Below are positions 11,836 to 24,329 of a stretch of DNA of 64,000 nt, one piece after another. Both the position numbers and the translations under genes were made by a program. Source of the stretch: Negaprion brevirostris (Eukaryota); the NCBI GenBank assembly GCA_030324005.1, contig JARDVH010000073.1:39438329-39502328 (forward strand), given 5' to 3'. The notes beneath the pieces were generated by a model. It had not been told where the DNA came from. It did not search any database and was given only the letters and a program-made list of their open reading frames with translations. Within the stretch, counting starts at the first letter, position 1. Every line of letters begins with the position of its first letter.

Positions 11836-14192
11836 GTGGTGGTGGTGTAACAGTATTCTCACTGGACTAGTAATTCCGAGACCCAAAGAATGCTCTGGGA
11901 TCATGGGTTTGAACCCCACCAGATGGTGAAATTTGAATTCAATAAAAATCTATTGATGGTCATGAAACAATTGTTGATTTTCTTTTTGTTTTAAAAATCC
12001 ATCTGGTTTAATCATGTCATTTAGGTCTGGTATACATGTGACTCACGCCAGCAATCTAGTTGACACTTAAATACCCTCTGAAATGGCCTAGCAAGCCACT
12101 CCATTGTATTAAGTGGCTAAAAAGCTTGAATGTAACCAAACAGACCACCTGACACTGACCTTAGCAGTGGGAATGAGAACAGCAAGGCCCACCTTCGTTC
12201 CGTCTGGGGGCTAGTGCTGAAATTGGAAGGGCTGTCTCACAGTCAAGCAACAGGCGGATAGAGTCACACACTTTGCAGACAATGCATAGAATTTTTCACT
12301 CTGCGCAGAGTGCTGGCTTTCAAGCTGCACAGTGAAGATTTCCCTCCAGAGAATCCAACCTGCNNNNNNNNNNNNNNNNNNNNNNNNNNNNNNNNNNNNN
12401 NNNNNNNNNNNNNNNNNNNNNNNNNNNNNNNNNNNNNNNNNNNNNNNNNNNNNNNNNNNNNNNAGGAAACAACCTAAGAACAAAGAGTATAACAAAAGAA
12501 TTAGCATAACTTTTACCAGTTAAAAAACTTAAGTATGACAAAGTATAATTCTTAATAGCTATCCATCTCTATTGTTCCAATTTAGCAGTATCCCCATAGA
12601 CAAATCCATTCTTCAGTATCAGTTAACACTGAAAGCAGATATGCCCATGTGGATGTTAGATTTCTAGCCATTTAAGACCTCTGAACGGAAATCCAGACAG
12701 ACACCTGTCTTCTGCTTCTCATACAACAGACTCTTAACTCATGATATATCTTCAAACAGCAGAACCTCACAGAAATAAACCTAGTCTCTGGTAGACGTCA
12801 GTCTCCAGATTTCAGAGAGGGGAAAAGAGAGGCACTGCTCTCTAACAACTCCAAGCAGCATCTGAGCTTGAGTTCGCTATGTAAGCCTAGCTCCACCCAG
12901 TTATACAACCTTACCTGTCAATCAACCTAATTAATCCCGCTTAGTAACAGCCCAGGGGAATACAATTATGTTGCTGCAGCAACGACAGAGGCTGCTGATT
13001 ACATTCAAAATGGCACCAATAATAAAACAAACTGCTATAAAAGATCCTGCACAAGAAACATGACACAAATATATTTCTTTAAGGCACTGTATCCTCACAC
13101 CATGACACTACTGGTGGAAATGTCCACAGCACACTCCGTGATACCCTTCATTATGCTGGTTGGCACTACCACTATGCTAAATGAGATAGATTTTGAACAT
13201 ATCCAGCAACTCAGGATTGGCCAACCATGAGGCGATATTGGCTATCAGCAGCAGCACAATTGTACTTAATCACAATCTCTAATCTTGTGGTCTAGTATAT
13301 CATTACCAGCAGGCCAGTGGATCAACCTTGGTTTAACAAACAGCATAAGGGGGCAGGGGTAGCACCAGGCATACCAAAAAATGAGCTGTCAAACTAATGA
13401 AGTTACAACACAACTACTTGTGTGCCAAGCAGCATAAGCAGCAAATGATACACAGACCAAACAACTCCACAACCAACAGAGTTAAACTCAGCAGGCCAGC
13501 CACATTCATTCATGTATAAAATGGATAGTGGACAACTAAACAACTCATTGGAGGAGGAGACTTCACAAACATCCCCATCCTCAATGATGGAGGAGCCCAG
13601 CACATCAGTGCAAAAGACAAGGCTGAAGCATTTGTAGAAATCTTCAGCCATTAAGTGCAGACTGGATGATCCATTTCAGCCTCTTCCAGAAGTCCCCAGC
13701 ATCCCTAGTTTAGCCAATTTGATTCACTCCATGTGACACCAAGAAGCGGCTGAAGGCACTGTATATTGCAAAGCTTATGGGCCCTGACAAGCAGTCTACT
13801 TGATTGGCACTCCATCTGCAAACATTCACTCCCTCCACCACAAACGCACAGTGGCAGCAGTGTGCACCATCTACCAGAAGCACCACAGGAACTGAGCAAA
13901 CCTTCTTTGACAGTAACATCCAAACCCAAGAGGCACTACCAACTAGAAGGACAAGGCAGCAGACACATGGGAACACCATGACCTGGACAGTTCCCTCCAA
14001 ACCTGTCACCATCCTGACTTTGAAATATATCGCTGGATCAAAATCCTGGAACTCCTTCCCTAACAGCACTGCTAATGTATTTACAGTTCAAGAAGATAGC
14101 TCATCACCCCCTTCTGGAGAGCAATTAGGTATTTTCAATCTTTGCTGGATGAGCAAGCAATACCACATCCCATGAATAGATAAAAAGAATAA
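11836..14192 (+). mobile_element. Degenerate LINE (CR1 superfamily, possibly Zenon-like) with a tRNA-like 5' head, interrupted by a gap and an LTR-like insert
   Basis: Head with A/B boxes at 11836-11920. Endonuclease-start-like GLVLKLEGLSH..KQQAD near 12205-12265, PWFN near 13326, IPILNDGGAQHISAKDKAEAF near 13570-13635, KAYGPD near 13771, and 3' end ccacatcccatgaatagataaaaagaataaa. Confidence 0.65.
12464..13100 (-). mobile_element. LTR-like insertion inside the LINE (one end in a gap)
   Basis: Non-coding block splitting LINE homology. The minus strand starts TGTGAGGATACAGTGCCTTAAAG (TG start typical of LTRs). Confidence 0.35.
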
Positions 14193-14365
14193 ACCAGCTA
14201 ATGAAGATTATAGTATATGACCAATAACTCACTGGCCATAAAATCAAATCCCAACATGGAAAACTGAAGTCAAATTTAATAAATCTGTTGATCTTTGGCT
14301 GCCAGGAACAAAAGAAAAGCTGTGAAAGCTACCTATTGTCTTTAATAGCCAGCTGATTCACTTCA

Positions 14366-16935
14366 AGGATTTGGTTTGATTTGATTTATTATAGTCACAT
14401 ACATTAGTATACAGTGAAAAGTATTGTTTCTTGTGTGCTGTGAAAAGTAATATTTCTTGTGCGCTATACAGACAAAGGGAAGGAAAGGAGAGAGTGCAGA
14501 ATGTAGTGTTACAGTCATAGCTAGGGTGTAGGGAAAGATCAATTTAATATGAGGTGAGTCCATTCAAAAACCTGATGGCAACAGGGAAGAAGTTGTTGAG
14601 CCGGTTGGTACATGTCCTCAAACTTTTGTATTTTTTTCCCAACAGAAGAACGTGGAAGAGAATATGTCCGGGGTGCATGGGATACTTAATTATGCTGGCT
14701 GCTTTTCCAAGACAACTGGAAGTGTAGACAGTGTCAATGGGTGGGAGGCTAGTTTGAATAATGGACTGGGCTTCATTCATGACCCCATATAGTTTCTTGT
14801 TGTCTTGGTCTCAACAGGAGCTATACCAAGCTGTGATGCAGCCAGAAAGACTACTTTTTATGGTGCATCTGTAAAAGTTGGCGAGAGTTGTAGCCATATG
14901 ACATGCCATATTTCCTTAGTCTTCTGAGAAAGTAGAGGCAGTGGTGGGTTTTCTTAACTTTTGCATCGGCATGGAGGGACCAGGACAGATTTGCAGATGA
15001 TCTTGACACCTTAAAACTCCCGGCTATTTTTACTTCATCTCCATTGATGTAGACATGTGTACGTCCTCCACTATGTTTCCTGAAGTCAATGACTATCTGT
15101 TTTGTTTTGTTGACATTGAGGGAGAAATTATTGTCATCACTACAGTTCACCAGATTCATCATCCCTTTCCAATACTCCATCTCATCATTGTTTGAGATCC
15201 AACCCACTACGGTGGTGTCATTGGCAAACTTGAAAGTCGAATGGAGGGGAATTTGGCCACAGTCATATGTGTATAAGGAGCAGAGTAAGTACAACGCAGC
15301 CTTGTGGGGCACCGGTGTTGAGGATGATCATAGAGGAGGTGTTGTTGCCTATCCTTACTGATTGCGGTATGTGGGTTAGGAAGTTCAGGATCAGTTGCAG
15401 AGGGAGGAGCTGAGCCCCAGACCACAGAATTTGGAGATGAATTTTGAAGGAATAATGGTGTTGAAGGCTGAGCTGTAGTCGATAAATAGGAGTTTGACAT
15501 AGGTGTCTTTGTTATCTAAGTGTTCCAGGGTTGAGTGCAGGGCCAAGGAGATGTTATCTGCTGTGGACCTGTTGCAGCAGTAGGCGAACTATAGTGGATC
15601 CAGGCAACCTGGGAGGGTGGAATTGATTCACATCATGACTAAAATTCGAAGCACTTCATAATGATGGATGTCAGAGTCATCAGATCATGGTCATTAAGGC
15701 ACACTGCCTGGCTTTCCTTTGGTACCAAGATGATAGTCATCTTCTTGAAGTAGATAGGGACCTCAGATTGATGTCTGCAAATACCCCCGCCAGCTGATTC
15801 ACTCAAGATCTAAGTATTTGTCCAGCTACACCATCTGGGCTCATCACTTTCCATGAGTTGACTTTGAGAAGGCTGCTCTGATGTCTGCAATGGTGACCTC
15901 AGATACAGGTTCACTCAAGGCTTCCAGGGTGGAAGGTGTGAGCTGTTGCTCAAAACGGGCTTGAATGCATTGGGCAGGGGTGCATTAGTGCTGGCGATTT
16001 TATATGCCTCTATCTTGTAGCCTGTTACGTCTTGCAGACCTTGCCATAGTTGATGGAAGTCCATGTGGCTGGCCTGAGACTCCAGCTTGGTCTGGTATTG
16101 TCTTTTGGCATCTTTGATGGATCTTCACAGATAATATCTGGCTTTCTTTTATAAGTCAAGGTCACCTAACTTGAACATCTCAGACCTGGCCTTCAGCAAG
16201 CAGTCGCTATCCTGTTCATCCATGGCTTCCGGTTGGAAAACACACGGATTTGCTTCTTTGGCACACAGTCTTCTACACACTTAATAATGAAGTCAATTAC
16301 TGTAGTGGCATACTTGTTCAGGTTGGTCACAGAGTTTTCAAATACTGACCAGTCCACTGACTCTAACAGTCCTGTAGGAGATCATCCAAGTCCTTAGAAC
16401 AACATTGCATGACTTTCTTTAACGGATTCTACGGTTTCAGTTTTTGCTTGTAAGCCAGGAGCAGGAACACAGCTTTGAGGTCTGATTTGCCAAAGTGTGA
16501 GTGGGTGATAAGAGTGGTAGGCTGTTTTATATTTGTGAAGCAGTGGTCCAGGATGTTTGGCCCTCTGGTTGAACAGGAGACGTGTTAGTGGTATCTTGGT
16601 AGGGATGCTCTTGAGCTTGGCTTGATTGGAGTTTCCGACAATGATGAACAAGGGCTTCGAATGTTTTATTTCAAGGCTATTGTAACAGTATATATTTTGT
16701 ACAACATGGTCTTGACGTCCGCCTTGAGTGAGATGTAAACAGCCATCAGAAGGTAATAGAGGTGGCATTTTAGCCTCAGGTATTCAAGGTCCAAGGAGTA
16801 GAAACTTACCAGTGTTGCTATGTCTAGGCACCATGAAGTGTTGAATAGGAGGCAGATCTCACCTCCCCTACCCTAGCCTGTTAGGAAGATAGAGAAGCCC
16901 TCTGGTTGTAGGGCACAGTCCGGTGAAGCAGGAGA
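14366..16935 (-). mobile_element. Rex1/Babar-type non-LTR retrotransposon, long decayed copy (endonuclease and RT)
   Basis: Frameshifted pieces include [66 protein letters not shown] (frameshifted [10 protein letters not shown]) and LFIIVGNSNQAKL (AGDFN). 3' end gtgactataataaatcaaatcaaacc. Confidence 0.9.
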
Positions 16936-17839
16936 TGCATAGCATCTCCCCTCACCCCCTTCCCGGCTGTGTGACATACTTTGGGGGTATTGTCAGCAGA
17001 TTCCGTTGTGAGGGGTGGTGGAGTTACTCTCTTCTATTGGCCAGTAGATTCCCCTTCATCATGTGAGGTTTTGTGGTTACGCCCACCTGCTGGTGGGGGG
17101 TCCCCATGTCTGTGTGGGGAGTGGGTGTTCCCCTTATCAGCCAGGATTACTAATGTCCGTGTGACAGGAATTGGGGGGGGGGTCTTCTAATTAATTAATT
17201 AATTAAACTTTGAAATAGAGTGCCCTTTAAAAATGACACCCTGATCTAAGATTCCTGGTACTGTCAGATTTTTCAGGCTCCGTTCATCCAGCTGGCTGTG
17301 TGAACTGTGCTAGTCCTTTGAAATTGAACAGATTGTCTCTTCATTCGTGAAAAGTCTTCAGCCATCTTATCCCCATGTTCTGGACCGTTGTCACCAAACT
17401 ATTCTGCCTTTCTTTTTCCCTTTTAACTGTCAAAAGCTACCTTAAAATTTAACTCTCAATCATATTTTGGTTACCTCCCACGCACACTGTTACTTGGGTC
17501 TAATTCCCAACACTGAAGTGCCCCAGGTCATTTGGCTACATTCAAGCAACTGCATCATTTTAAATTGTTCAGAAAGCTTACCTCGGGCACAGTACTTTGA
17601 AAAGTCTTTCAAATAAGAATTTAATCTTTTCTTTTGAAAGTTGATGTTGTATGGTTTGTGATTTAGTCATAGGCACCGTTTTGTACTAAGTATTCTGAAG
17701 GACTGACTACTGTGTTACAAGGAAAATTGTTTTGAGCCTCACAGTTATTTTCTTTTGCAGTCTGGCCTGAAAGGTTGGTGCTGTGTCTGGACTTAAAAAG
17801 AATAGTAAGCTAGATATTCTGTTTCTCTTCTTAACTTCC

Positions 17840-19455
17840 TACAACATACAAGTTCGGAGTGGGAGTGGGCCATTGGACCCTTAGATATTACGTTTTTTTA
17901 TTCTCCCTGCCAAAATGGACAGTTTCACATTTTTTAGCCAGCCAATCTTAATCATGCCAGTAAATTACCCCTTACTCCTGAGTTTCCCCTTACTCTTGAC
18001 ACCATGAAATTTTATTTTCTGCTTTANNNNNNNNNNNNNNACGTTAACAAATGCGTTATGGAAATCTAAGTACAGTGCATCCTTTATTCATAACACCTGT
18101 GACTGTTATGAGCCCCGCTGATGTTAAATGTGAGAGTGTCTCAACTTGAAACACTGGTTTTCAGTGGTGTATATTTGTTTGGATTAATGTGAGGAGCCAT
18201 GTGCAATCTAATGAGAAATTGTCCAGTCTTTAAGTAAACAATTAATAAAGAATATTTATTGAAGTAAAAGAAAAATACAATATAAAAAAGACTATAATAC
18301 ATTATGACACTTAAGTATACGAATGATTCAACACACTGTTTCTCTGAGGTTATCGCTTGTTCCCAAACTGTACCCAAGTTTCCTGAACTCACTGAGACAC
18401 CTCTTTTCCAAAACAATATCCAATTTTGTAACACTAAGTAAAATCCAGCTCATAGTTAGCACACAATGCAGCTTAGATGAACAGATCTGGAAAACCATCT
18501 CTTGATGATTCAACAAAGTTATGAACTTGTAACCTTCAGAAGAATTTCTGCAGTATGTCATGGCTTTGAATCTTAGATGAAAGACAAGTCTCTCGGGCTG
18601 TTGGATGTTACTAGCCTCCATGGCTGTAGATGTGAAAGTGGCCTGGTTCCTTCTGAGGGTGCTGGCATTTAGTCCCTTTAGCCTTTTTAGTATTCCATTC
18701 TGTGGATTTGGCCACCTGCACCTTTCAGATTCCTTGACTTCAGAAATTAGCATCTGTTTACCTCCATATCTCTCAGTCATCTAAGTAATCCACTGATAGA
18801 GCAATTTACACCTGTTCTTGTCTAGATATTTGCTAATCTTGTTACTGGACAAATTGCATCTTATCATGACTTTATAACACTGGCTACTGCTGTCACTAGG
18901 CAGATTTCTACCTGGGCAATTTGCATCCTAGCATACTTTTTAAAATTCTTGGAACTTGTTGCTAGGCAGATTTCTGACCCACTCTTTCAAAGAACTCCAA
19001 TAAATTGGTTAAACATAATTTCCCTTTCACAAAAACATGTTGAGTCTGTCCTATTGCATCGAATTTCTCATAACATACCTAATAATGGCTTCCAGCATTT
19101 CCCTATGAAAAATATTAAGCTAATTGCCCTGTAGTTTCCTGTTTTCTATCTCCCTCCCTTTTTGAATAAAGGAGTTACATTTGCAATTTTCTAATCTAAT
19201 GGTATCTTCCCTAAATCCAGGAAATTTCGGAAAATTGAAACCAAAGCATCAGCTATCTCATCCACCACTTTTTTTAAGTCCCTAGGATAAAGTCCATAAT
19301 GACCTGGGCACTTCCCAGGCAATTGCAATTTTTCTGAGTTCCTCCCTCCCTTCCAATTACTAATTTACAGCTACTTCTGGGATGTTACTTGTATCCTCTA
19401 TAGTGAAGACTGATGCAAGATCTCTGCTCAGTTCATCAACCGTCTCTTTATTTTC
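17840..19455 (-). mobile_element. Old CR1 fragments, split by an insertion at about 18104-18980
   Basis: Reverse 3' tail near 17843. RT-region sequence cctgtgac|...tcaaagaactccaataaattggttaaacat resumes at about 18983. Similar to 7510-7630 and 63625-64000. Confidence 0.7.
18104..18980. mobile_element. LTR-like insertion into CR1
   Basis: Starts TGTTAT exactly where CR1 homology breaks. ATAACA ends at 18879, and CR1 resumes near 18983. Confidence 0.45.
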
Positions 19456-19458
19456 TAG

Positions 19459-19625
19459 GATGATTGGCCGAGCCAAATTGCCACTTAGTGTCCCAGGATA
19501 TCTAGGTTGGTGGTATAAGGAGTGTAAATATGTGGTGTTAAGTGGTAAACCTAGGTAAAAGTTGGTGTAGACTCGATGGGCCGAATGGGCTCCTTCTGCA
19601 GTGTAGGGATTCTAAGTTATCTAAG
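19459..19625 (+). mobile_element. 5'-truncated V-SINE, tail type A (CR1-like)
   Basis: gattggcc..aaattgccacttagtgtcc core end and gactcgatgggccgaatggg...ctgcagtgtagggattcta tail. Confidence 0.8.
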
Positions 19626-20295
19626 TATTCTAAGAGTTTTATTTTACCTGCCAGAGCAGGGTGACTAATGTATTTTCTTTTTTCTGTGTTATAAACTAAC
19701 ATACCAGTACCTGTACACACTGACCAGGTCTACATCTGGAATTTTATTTCAGGCCCCTGTGTTCTCCTGGAAGGGAGGAACTCACAAATAGGTCTGGTAC
19801 ATAACATATAGGATATAATTACTTTCTCAATGATAATCAGCTTCCATTATCTCCACAGGAGATGGCAGTTCAGTCTCTATTGCTTTTTCTTTTGATATGT
19901 CATTGTCTGAAAAAGGATGTGACAATTCCATTACCTCTCTCTCTTTCACTCTCTCATTGTTGAGTATAATCCACATAGGATCTTTGCAGACAGCCACTGA
20001 ATTATATTCTCAATCAATACATCCTCATCAATCTTTGTCTTGTAAAGCCCTTTGGAAAGCCATGTCAATGCTCAATATGTCCACATATAATTTGGGACAT
20101 TACAGAATGGGCTATTCTTCACATAGCTGTGCACTGATAGATTGAGGTTCAAATAATTTGCCATAACCATGCAGTTTAGTGAATGGCATATGGCATGACA
20201 GGTAATGAAGAAAAGAAACTTAATGTAAACATGATTTTGAAAGAAGGCATGATCATTAAAGATTAAAAGGTGTTCTATATTGTTATAACTGATTG

Positions 20296-20505
20296 CATGA
20301 CTAGATAGCACAGTTAATGCATTGTTTTTACATCTCAGGAACTTGGATTTGACCCCAGCTTGGAAGGTCCTCTCCTCTTTCTGGTTGAGTTCAATGAAAT
20401 GAGTTGGACAGTGTCAATTACTCCCACTGAAGTGTAATGTCATAGCACCAAACTATCCCCAGTTTGGTATAGCTTGGCCTGTTGGGACTCAGATGGGCCA
20501 TAAGG
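20296..20505 (+). mobile_element. LF-SINE-like ancient SINE relic
   Basis: Ordered blocks resemble the recalled LF-SINE consensus: tRNA-like head, tgaaatgagttgg, caccaaact..tttggtatagcttggc, tgttgggactcag..ggcca. Confidence 0.5.
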
Positions 20506-21036
20506 GCATAATGACACATTGGTGAAATAGAAAGAATTCTTCTGAGGTTACAATTAATTCATAATTTGGAGCAGAATATAATTGGCCTTACAGCTCACTG
20601 TGGGTGTTCAAAACAAGGCTGATGGTAAACAGCGGGTTATTCCAAATCCCAGAAGGGAAACTTGAAACAGCTGCCCACAACTATATTTGTCAATTTGAAA
20701 TAATGTGAAGAAAAGTTTGAATTCCAGAGAATGGTGTCCCAAATGTCTTGTGACGCTTTAACATGAAGTAAAGGTGTACTAAATAATAAAATAAACTCAT
20801 AGTACCTTAAACTAGGACAATGGCGACATACAATGGCTGCAATCTAGCAGCATCATTAGCTGTGGGTACAAATTCTGCCAGTGATATAATCAGATTCACA
20901 CCCAAAGAAGATATGCATTTGATTTCCATAAAGTTTAACATATTGTATGATTACCAATCTTGAGGCCGTGGCATCCATCCATGATGTATCCTCTACACCA
21001 ACAGCGCCTGAGCATTGTCCCCTTGTACAACATTAA

Positions 21037-21081
21037 GGGCCGAAGGGCCTGTACTGTGCTGTAATGTTCTATGTTCTATGT
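21037..21081 (+). mobile_element. Very short CR1 3' tail insertion
   Basis: gggccgaagggcctgtactgtgctgtaatgttctatgttctatgt. Confidence 0.8.
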
Positions 21082-22734
21082 ATCCTGGCTCTGTCCCATT
21101 TTGGGGGGGTGATGCTTGTTGGGAGGGTTTGTGTCTGCATTGGAGTGGTGAGCTGTAACTTATGAATGGAGGGTGAGGCCAGCGCTAATAAAGAGGGTGG
21201 GGGTGGTGCCAGTGCTGGGACGGGGCGGTGCCAGAGAATGGGAGGGAGCTAGCTCTGATGTCTTTGAGGGGGGGGACGGGACTACCCCAATGGTGGGGGA
21301 GGACGTGCAGCAATTGCACCCAGTATCTCTGACTTCATCTAGTTCCAATCATTTATTTCACTACCTTTAGAGCTAATGCTCCCCAAGCATTCCACAGCAT
21401 TTTATAGAACTTTTAAAGCTATAACATGTCAAATAACAGTTACCACACCAAGTAGGTTCTTTGGTTTACCAAAAAAGCAAATCCCAAAGAACAGGCTTCT
21501 CAAGACAGGCTTTCTTTGCAGACCTGTCTTGCTGGGAGTTAGCCAGCTATTCCTTCTGTGGCTGAGGTTTGGCGCAGCTATTCTTGAATAAGTGTAATCA
21601 TCTCCTGATATACAATCTTTCCCTTTTCGTCTCCCTTTATCTGGACTAACCTCTTCAAAAGTCAAACTTAACTTAATTTCATGAGTCTGCATTTTAAAAT
21701 GTAAATGCAAAGTTCACATTTTGTCTCCTTTGAATTTCTGACACATTATTCAAACCCTTTATATTCTGTCCCTTAGTGTTACCAGTTTGCAGTGTTGCTT
21801 GACTCATAAAAAGCACTAGTTCCATTAGCACAACCAAACTGTCCTTAACTTGAAGCAGTTTACATTTCTCAATACTTTAAAAAATACATCACTAGCAGAG
21901 AACATTTCATTTTATTAGATTTCCCTGATTTTCTCATGTCATCAGTATTTTCTTATCAAGGGCATAGCCTGAGAGCAAGCATTGCTGTTCTATGGTGCCC
22001 CAAAATGGAAAGCAGGTTCAATACTAACTGACATTCATCAGTCTGATAAACGCAAATTTCCAAAATATATTGATATTTATGGAGAAATGTAACTGCAAAG
22101 TCAAGGTCTTCAATTCTGGATGCAATGCTCTGTATAAACAGCCTGGCAAATTTAAATGACTATTGATACATTTAAACTTCTGTTCTCAGGAAGTACAAAG
22201 TCTTTCAAATTATGTGTTGCATAAATCAGTGCCATCAAAAAGATTAACAGAGTAACTGCACCCACAAGCAGGGATGTGTAATTACAGTTCAGACTGACAT
22301 CAAAGCATTGATGGTAGATTCCAACCTCTCAGAGTGCATTGAATGTGCAAATTGCTTGTAGCTAATTGTTCCATTACAATTAATCCTTTCCCATTCATAA
22401 CAGTTTAATTACCTGAAGACATCTCATTAAAGTGGAGGCTTCGTTTTATTTAAAGGTGAGGCGTCTGGGAAGCAGCTTTTGTGCTCATTGCATTTCTATT
22501 AATATATGTACTGAGCCACAAAAATGTTTTCCCTTCAAAAAGTAAAGAGGAGAGAATATTGGAGAAACCCTCCCTTATTACTCTGTATACCCTTTGCAGA
22601 TAAGCTTAGTAATTAATACCTATGTCATGAGATGAAACCAATGGAAAGATGTTCTGGAATTCCATGGGTCCTCTGCAAATAAAGTTCATTGCTGTTACTG
22701 TTCAGGTTCACTATTTGGAATTTAAATTGTTTAA

Positions 22735-23010
22735 AGTGGTACTTTACTGCAGTACTGAGGTAATGTGTTGTCAGTGGTACTACCTTTAGATAAGATGTTG
22801 CATTCCATTTGCCTGTTCCAGTCAGTTAAAGATTGGAAGATCCAATGATCTCCCAAAGACTCCATGGCAATAGTCAGAGTGAAACAGGGAGTTTTAGAAT
22901 TGTAGAATCCCTACAGTATAGTTTCCTGATATTTTGACCATTACTTCCTCATCAATCATTACTGAAACAAAATTAAAAGCAGTCGTTCATTCATCTGATT
23001 GCCCACAAAC
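22735..23010 (+). mobile_element. Deu-domain SINE (SacSINE1/AmnSINE1 superfamily), degenerate
   Basis: tgcagtactgagg...tgtcagtggt...gcctgttc...aaagat...ccatggca...aacagggagtt...cctgatattttgacca...tcaatcattactgaaaca, in the order of the recalled Deu domain. Confidence 0.65.
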
Positions 23011-23729
23011 AGTGATGTTAAGTGCAAATGTGAGATTAATTTATTCAGAATTTATCAACTGCACAATGTTAGTTATTTACTTTAACATTAGTATGAAGGT
23101 AGTTTCTGAGTAGGCAGAAGTGGTGATGGAGGGGAGTTGGAATTGCACAGGCATCCCAGAAGTCATACAAGTGGGTTGAAACATGAACTTAACTCAATTA
23201 TATGAATTAATTTTGATGCCTGGGCTTCACAATTCCAAGCTGCACAGTGAATATGATTAAATCCTTGCTGTACATAAAGTTACGGAAATCTGAGGTGTTC
23301 AGGACGGTTGGTGTACATAGGCAAAGAGAGGTACCAAGATTCAATACCCATTGCACTCAGCAATAAGTCTGGCAATCAGGAGCAGGTCAGATGTACTTTC
23401 CCCAGCAATGGGAGGAAGAAACCCCGCTGCTCTCACCAAGAATGCATGTTAGGGAGTTGAGCAGCGGGATCATTACGCCCAGTTTTTGGATGCAATTTAG
23501 GTAATAGTTTAACAACCTAACCCAGTCAGGACAAGTAAATACATTCAGTGGCTGAGCTGACTCCTACATTTTAAGCCCATCCTTTACTCTGTCTTGCTAA
23601 GCATTCTCTATTGCATAATTTTTCATTTATTTAATATTCTGCAGCACCTAATTCAATTTCCATGCACTTCACCACCTCATCATTTATCCAATCACTATTG
23701 CCACATGCTAGCCCTTTTGCAATGTGCCT

Positions 23730-24059
23730 CACAGTGGTTAAGCACTGCCTCACAGTGCCAGAGACCCAGGTTCAATTCCAACCTTGGGTGACTACCTGGT
23801 CTGGAGTTTGCACTTTCTCCCTGTGTCTGTGTGGGTTTCCTCTGGGTGCTCTGTTTTCCTCCCGCAGTCCAAATGACATACAGGTTAGATGGATTTCCAT
23901 GCTAAATTGCCCCTTAGTGTCCCAAAATGTGTAGGTTAGGGGGATTAACGAGATAAATATGTAGGTTTAAGGTGATAGGGCCTGGGCAAGATGCTGAGTC
24001 AGTATACAGACTCGATAGGCCGAATGGCCTTTTTCTATACTGTAGGGATTCTATGATAT
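23730..24059 (+). mobile_element. V-SINE (HE1-like), tail type A
   Basis: cagtggttaagcactgcctcacagtgccaga head, ggttcaattcc B box, V core and gactcgataggccgaatggcc...tgtagggattctatga tail. Confidence 0.9.
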
Positions 24060-24329
24060 GCCTCATCCACTGAGTTAATACCTCACCTTCACAGAGATGT
24101 TTATTCACCCTATGTAGGACAGGAAAGTGCAAAATGCAAGAGAGAGAATGTGGACTTAACATAGCTGGGCGTAATAGTCCAGCAGAGAAAGCTTCCCTAT
24201 AAGTAGCTCATCTTTGTCCTCATCAGTCAGAGATAGAGGACTGGGGAGCTAATAAAGTGCTTGTAGCGGAATTAAAAATATTTCTGATACACATATGCTG
24301 ACAGGCAAACAATTCATCAGCATTTATGT

